From positions 3,594-67,593 of the forward strand of contig NW_021836314.1 in the NCBI RefSeq assembly GCF_006345805.1: a stretch of 64,000 nucleotides of DNA, in the 5' to 3' direction. This DNA is from Octopus sinensis (taxonomy: Eukaryota). Of this stretch, positions 52,842 through 64,000 are shown in pieces. A model generated the notes under the pieces. That model ran no database searches, was not told where the DNA came from, and saw only the letters and a program-made list of their open reading frames with translations. The position numbers and the translations under genes are program-made. Each line of letters begins with the position of its first letter. The first letter of the stretch is position 1.

Positions 52842-52850
<9 letters not shown>
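50623..52850. mobile_element. Penelope-like element (RT C-terminus + GIY-YIG endonuclease) as a head-to-head inverted duplication
   Basis: ORFs 50937-51860(-) and 51841-52536(+) are nearly identical: YL.FNSCHPRHTK.NIP, NIIY.IKCSGCHQDYVGST, RLNKETFFIEKYKP.LN. Both outer ends lie at or near (TA)n. Confidence 0.93.
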
Positions 52851-52935
<85 letters not shown>

Positions 52936-54664
52936 GGTATATATATATATAAAGAACATTTTTCCGTTTCCGTCTACCTAATCCACTCGTAAGAGGGAAA
53001 AATAAATCATATATATATGTGTGTGTGTAGATACAAATGTTAAATTTTAAAAGAAAAGTAACAAAAATTGATTTGTCTATTTGCGTTCTGAGTTCCTTTC
53101 CTGTCGAACTCACCTTTGCCTTTCACTTCTCAGAGGTGTTGAAGTCCAATTAGTCGACTGTCCACCTCCCCCACAAAAACATAACCACTGGCCTTGTACC
53201 TAAGCCAGAGACAACATTATATGAGCGGCAATCTAGGATTTTAGGACAAAGAATTGCTACGCGGTGTCATATGTAATCATGTATGGTATATAAAGATGCA
53301 TGAGGATATATATACATACACAAATACGGACAAATATATGAGTGTGTATGAGTGTGTGTACATGAGTGTGTGTATATATGACTTCAGTTTTAATTTTTAA
53401 AAGAAATTAAATAAGTTTTATCAACTTATCTGAATATTCTATTGCCTCATATAAGTTTTTTGTCTCACGTTCCAGCAGCTATCCGATAAGTATACTGAAT
53501 GAAATACCCGGTGGTAATAATTCTCTATATTTTTTTTAAACGAGAGTGCCAGTATTTTCCCTTGATGTATGTGATTGGCTGAAATTCTTTAATATCCGGA
53601 AAATAAATCCATTTTCCAGCTATCCACCATTCCTACACGTCAAGTGTTGAAATGGTCACTGTGTAACATGAGATGAAGTGTTCTGCGCACAATACACCTC
53701 TCGGTCCTGTATTTGAAATCACGACCTTGTTATCGTGAATAGCATCCCTAATCACGATTTTCATGTGTTCTCGACTTCTTTTATTTTACCAAAACTTTAA
53801 TTTTCATATGTCCTGACAACACCCAGAGAATATTCTTATCTACTTGACGCTTTTCTAAAACAAACGCCATTGTTTTTGTCGATTATTGGGATGGCGATAT
53901 CTGCTCAAAGACACGACCTCATCTCTCTAGTTACTAAAATGCAAACCCGACGAATTTTCCTCGTTTCCCAGAATATATTTCAGTTGTTTCTAAAGAATGC
54001 TTGTTGTTCACTGGTGACAAGACTATGATCAGAGGAGTTTCGGTCATGATCATCCCGTCGATTCACTTATACTGCAATGTGTGTTGTGTCCTTTCCGTGG
54101 TTAAGACGGTAGAGAGTGAGACAATGGAATATCATTGTCTCAAATGACTACGACAGGGCTGATAGCGCAAATGTTCAAGTAATGGACATTCATTAGTCCT
54201 GAAACCTACATCTTCAATAATTATTGTAATACATCACATGATGTGGATGTTAATTTTCATAGCTCTCTCCGAAATATAAGTCCGACCTTACTATCAAGAT
54301 GAACCATCAATTTATTAAATGACATCCAGGACTGAATTATTCTGCTACTTGCAGAAGAATGAAAGTGATATTCTACGTGGTTTACTCTCCATGTGTGTTT
54401 AGCATATTGTAACTTTCATGTACATGGGTTATCTCAAGTACAACATACCCTCGAATATTTAGGGGCGTCCATTTCACCCTGTGTAACTTGTCGCAGGACT
54501 CACACGGCAGATGCAGGTATTAGAGGGTAAAGACGGTACTAATTCCCTAAGTTGTTCACGTGAGCATCCGCATAACAATTTATTATTATTCCATATACAC
54601 ACAACAGTTTAGACTGTGTGAGTACGTTTGTGTATATATATATATATATGTAAATTTATATACA

Positions 54665-54784
<120 letters not shown>

Positions 54785-54907
54785 TAATATATGTATATAT
54801 TAAAGTATATGTTGGCGTCTAAGTGAATGTGTGTGTGTGTGAGTACATGCAGAAGTGTACGGCGTTCAACATACACACACAGACACACACACACTCACAC
54901 GTATATG

Positions 54908-54947
<40 letters not shown>

Positions 54948-54954
54948 CACACAT

Positions 54955-55250
54955 AGGCGTAGGAGTGGCTGTGTGGTAAGTAGCTTGTTTACCAACCACA
55001 TGGTTCAGGGTTCAGTCCCACTGGGTGGCATCTTGGGCGAGTGTCTTGTACTATAGACTCGGGCGACCAAAGCCTCGTGAGTGGATCTCGTAGATGGAAA
55101 CTGAAGGATGCCCTGTGGTAAATATGTACATGTTTGGCCCGAGGCTATAGTAGAAAACACTTACCCAAGCTGCCACACAGTGGGACTGATCTCGGAACCA
55201 GGGGGTTGGTAAACAAGCTACTTACCATTCAGCCACTCCTACGCCTACAG
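54955..55250. mobile_element. Second SINE-like family; copies ~49330-49480, 54955-55250, 62560-62720
   Basis: Shared motifs ggagtggctgtgtggtaag..gcttg, gtttccgtctaccaaatccactcacaa and cagtgggactga in dispersed copies. Confidence 0.65.
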
Positions 55251-57172
55251 TCTCAAAGAATGAAAATTATTTTAGAATTCTCTTTATTATATTTTCCTTA
55301 CACGCTCCCATACACACACACACATATATATATAGATATATATAACACCTTTTAGCTGAAGGCAGAGATTTATTGCATAGATTAAATTAAAGTATATGAA
55401 GAAGACAAGCTTTATATTTTTTATTTCAGGAAAAAATTGATTCACAAATTTTGAATTTCCTTGAAATATAAAAATCCAAGACATTTTCTTTCTTTCAAAT
55501 TTATCAACTATTTTTGAGATTCTTTAAAAACATATAAACATTCTCTTCTTGTAAACATACTTGAAATCCTGGACACAATTTTTATTGTTTATAAAATGAT
55601 TTGAGAAAACCAGTATATATGTTCGTGTTCATGTATGTATGAATGTATGTTTGTAAGTAAGTATGTATGTATGTATGAATGTATGTATGTATGTTTGTAT
55701 GTATGTATGTATGTATGTATGTATGTTTGTATGTATGTATGTTTGTATGTATGTATGTATGTATGTATATATGTATGTATATATGTATGTATGTGAAGTA
55801 TATAAAAATTTATATAATGAGCAAGCTATAAAAATATTCTATATATAAAAATTAGTGAGAAAAAGGCAGATTTACAGTAAAAATATAATTACACATTTAT
55901 TGAATGGCTGTTGATTCTCAAGAGTTCCTCCGACCTTTAACAGGTTGTTTTTTTCATGTCCAATAAACACCCTCCTCACCAAGCAAGCTTGGTGTACGTA
56001 TGTATGTATGTATAGAAAATCCATCATTGAAGCATGCTGTAAATGTGTTAGTACCTGATAAACCTGCTACATTTCCGAATATAGCAGTTCCCCAAATATA
56101 TACACTTAAAATATGCGCCAGACCTAGAGAGAAATACTGGGGTTCATATGATCGATCGAACATACCAAGTTAATGCTCCTGGATGGCCACGCTTCAATGA
56201 TTAAAACATCTGACTCACATATTATATAGCTTGAAATCTCTCCACTGCCACCACCATTTAGTCTGTTAATTTATATCCATCTACAAACGTCACACTCACC
56301 CTTCAATTCTTATAAATGTCTTTCTTTCTCATCTACAATCTACACTTTTACATAATTATTTCCATTTCTCTTTCAATTCACTGGACAATTCCACAGAATT
56401 CATCAATAATATTTCGAAATTTAACAAATTATGATAGATTATTTTTTCAAATACAATACTTAAATGTAATCTATAAAACTATAATCTTTTAAAACTTAAT
56501 TGTATGTTTAACTTAAGTTAATTTTTATCCAGTAACACTATGACCAAAGGCGTTCTAACCATGACTTTCCCATATTCTTTATAATCTAATATGTTAACCT
56601 CGCGCTACATTTCAGACACTCCGTTGTTGATTCATATTATTGTTTATAATTATTCAAATTTTAATTAGAATAATTACTTAAAAATATAAACAAAAATGAA
56701 ATATTTACCAGCAAAGTTGATCGTTGAGTTTTAGTTTTAGTTTAATGTATTTGTCACAGGAACGCTTGGTCAGCACCGTTAACTTTAAGAGCAACTGCAA
56801 TTTAAAAATATTCAACGTCATCTCCTCATATAAGAATGCGTGTGTTTATGTGTGTGTGTATGTGTTCGTGTTTGATATCATGTATATCTATATGTCGTAG
56901 TGTGTATGTAGTCGTGTGCATGTACAATGTAGTGTCTATGTACATATTTGTATGTCACAGAGGGTGTGTATATGTCAGCCAACTACCGCTTGCCTGCTCT
57001 CTGTAAAGAATAACTCCCATGCCAAAACACTTCTAAACATTCCTTCATGTCTGCGTCTCATATTACTATATCACCAACGTCATCACAATCGCTCCGTCAT
57101 TTGACCCATTTTCTTTTCCTTAATTTCTTTTCGTGGAAAAGCATTTGTAACGCACATACAGACACAAACACA

Positions 57173-57203
<31 letters not shown>

Positions 57204-57465
57204 CTGTGATAAGACTGTACATCATCTTTAAAGAACTTTAATGAACTTTAGAAATCTGTTTAATTATCTACATTACTTCATGAGTATAGCCTCAAACACT
57301 AGGATGTCTAGAGAACTTACATGTATTTTAGCTGATGAGTACGGGACTCGTTTATATGCTGTAATCTTTGCAACTTTTAATAAAACCTGTCCTTGTATGA
57401 AACGATCGTACTAAAAACTATCCATTCTTGTTGCTTCTTTCTCGCGTATATATATATTATATATA

Positions 57466-57499
<34 letters not shown>

Positions 57500-57511
57500 T
57501 ATGTATATATA

Positions 57512-57564
<53 letters not shown>

Positions 57565-57736
57565 ACATACATATTGACACTGCGTGCATATATTCAGAGG
57601 TATTGGTAGATACATGCTCTATACACATACATGCAGACACATACGTGCATACAGACACACATAGACACATAAACACACACACAGACGCACATACACACAC
57701 AGGCACACACACACTCTATCACACACACATACATGT

Positions 57737-59695
57737 TAGTTAGTTAATTTTTTGGCTCAAAAAGCAAAAATCAAGGCCATGTAGGAGGACAGGGAGTTAT
57801 GTACAGGGTGGTGTTCATGTAAAGAGTTCAGGCCACTTGTAGTCAAGGGACACTTTGAACCGAACGGTCGTCGGCATCTTCACCATCTCGTCTTGCAGCT
57901 TATTCCACGGATCCGCAACCCGGACGGAGAAAGCCCCTCTCCTTCGATTGAGATGAAATCGTCGCAGATAGAGCTTTTTGGAGTGACCCTGCACCGACGC
58001 TCTGGAGCAGGAGTGAAGAACAGCTCTTTCGAGAGGTTGCACTTTCCGCTTATGATGTTGTGGGCAAGAATGAGATCACCACGGCGTCGTCGTTTTTCTA
58101 GAGAATAAAGGTCGAGCGTCTTCAGCCTTTCTTCATAAGACAAATTCTTGAGACCAAGAACCATGCGGGTAGCCAGCTTCTGAGGAGATAAGGAGAAGAG
58201 GCTTGAATCCCGTACTCCAATATGGGTCTCACCAGCGTGACATAGAGCGGTAGGAATATGGCTGCTGTGAGCATTCCGAATGACCGTCGAATCAAGAACA
58301 GAACTCCGCGTGCTTTGTTGGCAGCATAGACGCACTGGGCCGAAGGCGAAAAGGAGGAATCCACCAAGATACCCAGGTCCTTTACCTGATAGGTCATCTC
58401 CAGCAGCAGACGACCCGGCTCGAAATCAAGTTGAGTTGCAGTAGGAGAGCCAACAGGCAGATGACAGCACTTTGACACGTTCAGACACAGGTCCCATTCG
58501 TTAGACCATCTCCAAGTTTGGTGGAGGCATCGACGAAGATCTTCTATATCACCGCGAGGAGCGACCAGTTTGACATCGTCGGCAAATAGAAGGGCAAGTC
58601 ATTTATGAAGACTAAGAACAATAAGGGCCCAAGCACTGAACCTTGAGGCAAGCCACTGCTCGCACTGGAGACGTCGGACCGCGAACCATTAACTTGGACT
58701 TGGAAGGAGCGATCTGAGAGGAAGGCACCAACCCATCGTACAATATCCGGATGGAAACTATATGCTTGAAGCTTGACAAGTAATAGGCGGTGGTTTACCG
58801 AGTCAAAAGCTTTGGCAAAGTCCAATAAAACGATGTCAACAGCATCACTATCATCGAGGATGCGTGTCACCAATTCTTCCATTACCAGTAAGCTGGTCAA
58901 GCATGATCTTTTCGGCACGAAGCCGTGTTGGGAATCAGAGATAGAGACTGTGTTTTGGAGGTGGAGCATCATACTTTTCTTAAGGATGGTTTCGAACATC
59001 TTGCTGATTATTGATGTAAGGGAAACCGGTCGGTAGTTAAGCGGGTCTTCGCGGCTCCCTTTCTTGAAAATTGGCCAGATTATAGCTGTTCTCCAGTCCG
59101 CAGGTATAACACCCGTCGCCAATAACATATTGAATAGACGTGTTAAGGGCTCACAGATGACCGGAGCCAACGCTTTGATAACCCGTGGGTGTATGCCATC
59201 AGGGCCGTGACCCTTGTTGACATCGAGGGCTTGAATAACGCGTTCGACATCGTCCCGCGTAATGACCAATCGAAGCATTGGAGGTAGCGATCTATCAAAT
59301 GGAGGGGGTTCACGACCATCATCTTGTTTGAAAATAGTTGAAAAAGCCTCGGCAAATAATTGACTCTGTTGATAAGGGTCCTCAATCGATACGCCTGTTG
59401 AGTCTACCAACGTTGCAATTTGGTTGTTCAAGCGGGAATTCCGTTGGACATGGGCAAAGAAGGTTTTTGGATTGCTACTGGCATTTGCCGCGATTCTGTA
59501 TTCATATCTGAAGCGTTCTTCCTTTTCAATTTTCACGGCTCGGTCACGTTGAGTTTGTACACCTTAAAAGCTGCAGTCGAATCCAGATTTTTGAATTCAG
59601 CCCAAGCAATATCTCTGAGTCGAAGTTCTCGTTTAACCTTCTTCGTCAGCCAGGGCTTGTGTTTCTTCTTCTTGGGAAGCCTAACGGGAACTAAA
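57737..59695 (-). mobile_element. CR1/L2-type LINE, 5'-truncated, RT ORF with few disruptions
   Basis: KGHGPDGIHP, NYRPVSLTS, QHGF, LDFAKAFDSVNH, GLPQGSVLGPLLFLVFINDL and FADDVKL (shifted frame); (AACT)n tail at ~57737. Confidence 0.93.
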
Positions 59696-60599
59696 TATAT
59701 ATGTAGCTGGAGGAAATCGATTAGTAAACAATATTATTTTATGTCGGAGTTAGCAGTTGTAACGATAAAAATTATATATAATTGCATACTGTAGGATGTG
59801 AAAGATGAACAATGCATGAAATTTGAAGGAAATATTTATTTACCGTTACGTTACAATACCTTGCCTCGACGAACAGGTTATAATAAATCCAAAAGCATGC
59901 GATATAAAGTTTGTGCTTGTGTCCTCTTCATTGTTTAGTAGTAATTACCGAGAGAGATAGAATGATGTTGTAAGAAAACAGAATTAGAGCTAGTGGGAGT
60001 TGTAGCGTGTTGTCTCACAGTTGCTGACAGTAAACTTCATTTCTCGCTCTGACCAAGGTTCTAGGTGGTCAGCCAGACTTCGTTGTCACCAAAGTGACTA
60101 ACTGATTGAGTCGTCACCATATGACTGGACAAGTTGCGTCGTCACCGACTGATTTTTGCTTGGGTATCCTTGCGTTTATCCAGAAGGATAGATATATCAT
60201 TGGGAACAATAGATTTAGTTGGTGCTCTTGTTATCCATATTCTAGCTTTTGGTGATGTAGAATAGGTTAGAAAGGGTCAAGTGATGAAGACATTATTTCG
60301 GACTAGCTAAAGGCATCTGGAAAATGTAAAACTGCTGTCACAGAAAAACCATTGTTCTACTGTGTGGAAAGATCTGTTGCACCGTTAGTTTAAATTGAGT
60401 TATGGTGGATCGAATCCACTTCATGCATGCAAGATCCCCTATTCAGACATGTGTTTGTTTGTTAGAAATGTTGAGCTGATGAACAATAAAATACGGTTTT
60501 TTTTCCACAAGTTGAGTCGGGCAGACATATTTAACGAAACGCATGAATAAATCTTTGCAGTTCACTGTTATTTTTTATTCTTAAATTCTTGTGTATAAG

Positions 60600-61680
60600 T
60601 ACCGTAATTGCCAGTGTATAAGCCTCACTCACGATTTTCAGTCCCCGACTGGAGAAAACGTGGGGAAACCGGGAGATAACTGGGACTTATGAAAATAGAG
60701 AAATGCAAGATGAATAGAAACTTCAATTTCATGATGATTTCATACTTAACAAACATTTCCGACTGCAATCATTGATACTCATAATTATTAATGGAAGAAG
60801 ATAAAGTCCAGTTTTAAATGTAAGAGATAATAAGAGAACGTCTTTTTATTATGTGTATTTATTATGATTTATTCATATTGCGATCTTTATATTCTTTCTT
60901 GAAAATGGGTGGTCCTGAAAAGGACCGACCCTAATGGGTAGAGACTTCACTCAAAGTCTAAGAACTCTTCGTCGTCAGACCTCGTGGGGTTGATCGTCTG
61001 CCAGTTCATCCTCGTCATCGCTGGAGTCAGAAGAGTCGGTAGAGAGAGCTTCGCCTTCCCATAACATGTCATCTTCCCGTCGAGCGCATTGGAGATGCAA
61101 CACTTCAGGAAAGCCCATTTTTCTGGAATCTCCTCCACGAGCAGATCGTCTGGAATTTCCTCCACTAGCAGGATCCATTTGCAGATCGTCCCCAAGTCTT
61201 TCTTCGGACGCCCGGTCGTTGGCCATCCAATACTCCCAGCGGTGTTTCAGACGGTACTTATACGGTTCGCTGATTGCAACATCAAGGGTTTGAAGAAAGG
61301 ATGTCATTCCCCCGGTAATCATTGTTACGTCGATGTTCAGACGACGTATCTTCACCTTGGTTTCTTCTGACTTGTGGCATCTGAATGCGTCCAGGACCAG
61401 GAGACTCCTTCTCTGATGCAGTCCACTGATGCGCCGAACCCACACTACACGAAACCAGTCCTCGATGAGTGCCTAGCCCATCCAAGCTTTCGCGTAGGCT
61501 TCAACAATGATCCCCTTCCTGAAACTTGGCGTCTTTGGATAGTATCTTCCTCTTAAAAATTACCTACGGTAGCAGCTTTCCCCTATCAGCCGTGCAAGCC
61601 AGGATCATCGTAAAACCGACTTTCTAGTGGCCCTTCGTGACGATTTCTATTGTCTTCTCCCCTTTCTCAGGAATAGTTCT
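60600..61680 (-). mobile_element. pogo/Tigger-like (CENP-B-type DDE) DNA transposon fragment
   Basis: SLLVLDAFRCH...GGMTSFLQTLDVAISEPYK; terminal taccgtaattgccagtgtataag at 60600. Confidence 0.85.
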
Positions 61681-62375
61681 TTCTACTACGGCTGCCAGCT
61701 GGCAGAAACGTTAGGACACCAGGCAAAAGTGCTTAGCGGCATTTCGTCCGTCTCAAAGTTTTGCCTTCAAATACCGCCAGGGTCAACGTTGCTCTTCATC
61801 CTTTCGAGGATGATACATTAAGTACCAGTCAAGTTGTGGCGTCGAAGTAATCGAAGGACCCATGCCCCCAAAATTTCAGGCCTTGTGCCTATTGTTATTG
61901 CTTTCAAGATTTGGCACTAGTCAAGAAATTTGGGGCAGTGGTTAATTCTACTACATCGATCTCATTATTGAACTGGTACTTAATTTGGTGACACCAAAAA
62001 CAATGAAAGGCATATTCAACCTAGGCGGAATTTCAAGACAGAACTCTGAAACGGACAAAATGCCGCTAAGCATTTTTCTAGGTGTCCAAACAATTTCGTC
62101 AGCTCGACGGTTGAAGGCAAACAAGATCGGAAATCGAGTTTCTAATTGGCTAAAATATCTGAAATTTAATTGCTTGAAATTCATAGAAAATGTAAACTAG
62201 ATTTTCATCTTGAGCATGCAAAACTGCACGAGTATTTCAGATTCTGATTGGCCGTTTTACTTTTGAAAAGGGATTTAGACAAAAAAAATGAAAATTGATT
62301 GGCTGAGAAACATGCAACTTTGTTGCCATGGAAATAGACAGAATGACGCAATTAAAACTTCTGTATATATGTATG

Positions 62376-62411
<36 letters not shown>

Positions 62412-62466
62412 TGTATGTATGTTGTCAAGCAATGCTAGGGTGACAAACACAGACACACAACATATG

Positions 62467-62555
<89 letters not shown>

Positions 62556-62719
62556 TACGACAGGCTTCTTTCAGTTTCCGTCTACCAAATCCACTCACAA
62601 GTCATTGGTCGGCCCGGGGCTATAACAAAAGACACTTGCCCTAGATGCCACGCAGTGGGACTGAACCCGAACCATGTGGTTGTTAAGCAAACTACTTACC
62701 ACACCGCCACTCCTGCGCC

Positions 62720-63293
62720 TGTATGTATGTATGTGTGCATGTATGTATGTATGTATGAATGTACGTATGTGTGTATGTGTGTATGTGTGTATGTATGTAT
62801 GTGTTTGTGTGTATATATGTATGTATGTAATTATGAATGTATGTATGTATGTATGTATGCATGTATGTGTGTATGTATGTATGTAAGCATGTATGTGTGT
62901 ATGTATATATGTATGTATGTATGTGTATGTATGTATGTGTGTTTGTATGTATGTATGTATGTGTGTGTATGTATGTATGTGTGTATATTTGTATGTATGT
63001 ATGTATGTATGTATGTGTGTATATCTGTATGTATATCTGTAGGTATGTATATCTGTATGTATGAATGTACGTATGTGTGTAGGTGTGTATGTATATATGT
63101 ATTAATGTATGTGTGTATATCCGAATGTATGTATGTATGTATGTATATCTATATGAATGTATGTATGAATGTATGTCTGTATATCTTTTTGTGTGTATGT
63201 ATGTGTCTAAGTATGTACGTATATCTGTATGTATGTATGTATGTATATATATCTGTATGTATGTATATCTATATGTATGTATGTATGTATATC

Positions 63294-63325
<32 letters not shown>

Positions 63326-63414
63326 TGTATGTATGTATGTATGTGTATGTATGTATGTATGTATGTGTGTATGTATGTATGTACATCTGTATGTATGAAT
63401 GTATTCTGTATATC

Positions 63415-63446
<32 letters not shown>

Positions 63447-63530
63447 TGTATGTATATATTTCCGTATGTATGTCTGTATATCTATATGTATGTATGTATG
63501 TATGTAGTATGTATGTATGTATGTATGTAT
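62720..63530 (+). repeat. Degenerate (TATG)n tract; other (TA)n/(TATG)n/(TG)n tracts throughout
   Basis: Directly visible simple repeats, e.g. 5805-5907, 7290-7500, 49990-50130, 54630-54790, 55630-55790, 57450-57560. Confidence 0.95.
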
Positions 63531-63771
63531 TTATACTCTTACTCTTTACTCATTCAATTGTTTCTGTCATTTGACTACGGCCATTCTAGAGCACCACCTT
63601 TAGTCGAGCAAATCGACCCAGTGAGTTATTCTTTGTAAGCCCAGTACTTATTCTATCGGTATCTGTTGCCGAACCGCTAAGTTAGGGGTATGTAAACACA
63701 CCAGCATCAGTTGTCAAACAATGCTAGGTGGACAAACACAGACACACAAACATATACACACATACATATAC

Positions 63772-63869
<98 letters not shown>

Positions 63870-64000
63870 TTATGTATGTATGTATATTTAATTTTCAAAG
63901 AAAATTATCTCTCTCTTATATATTTCGTATACGTGATCGTGTGTAAAACCAAAACAATGCGAAGTAAATGCAAGGTAAGTCGCAAGAAAACAAATATGTG

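Overview
AT-rich, microsatellite- and transposon-rich eukaryotic genomic DNA. The SINE/LINE/Penelope repertoire looks octopus-like, which is an inference. Almost all long ORFs in the supplied track are artefacts of (GAA)n, (TA)n and (TATG)n repeats. The main feature is one spliced minus-strand gene, mostly invisible to the ORF track, running from about 42.1 kb leftwards past the window edge. Its layout is: signal peptide + LRRNT exon; a tandem array of 12 symmetric 72-nt phase-2 LRR exons of two types (order A B A A B A B A B B A B), each carried in a duplicated intron module between long GAA/GGA purine tracts; a terminal LRR exon; an LRRCT exon; a two-exon Ly6/uPAR (three-finger)-like Cys domain ending CCVGHLCN; and at least two more exons. 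The 12 cassettes are almost invariant in framework residues and flanking intron, but hypervariable at the predicted concave-face positions (xLxxN and the penultimate residue). They also share variants in a patchwork way. This suggests a rapidly diversifying, modular LRR recognition receptor, analogous to VLR cassettes or exon-shuffling LRR systems. Five exons carry 1-2 nt indels that fit homopolymer miscalls, probably assembly errors, but a pseudogene cannot be excluded. The rest is decayed transposons: RTE, R4/Dong-like and CR1-type LINEs, Penelope (including a 2.2-kb inverted duplication), mariner, hAT with a nested solo LTR, pogo-like, MITEs and SINEs. Exon coordinates were read by hand; repeat boundaries are approximate.
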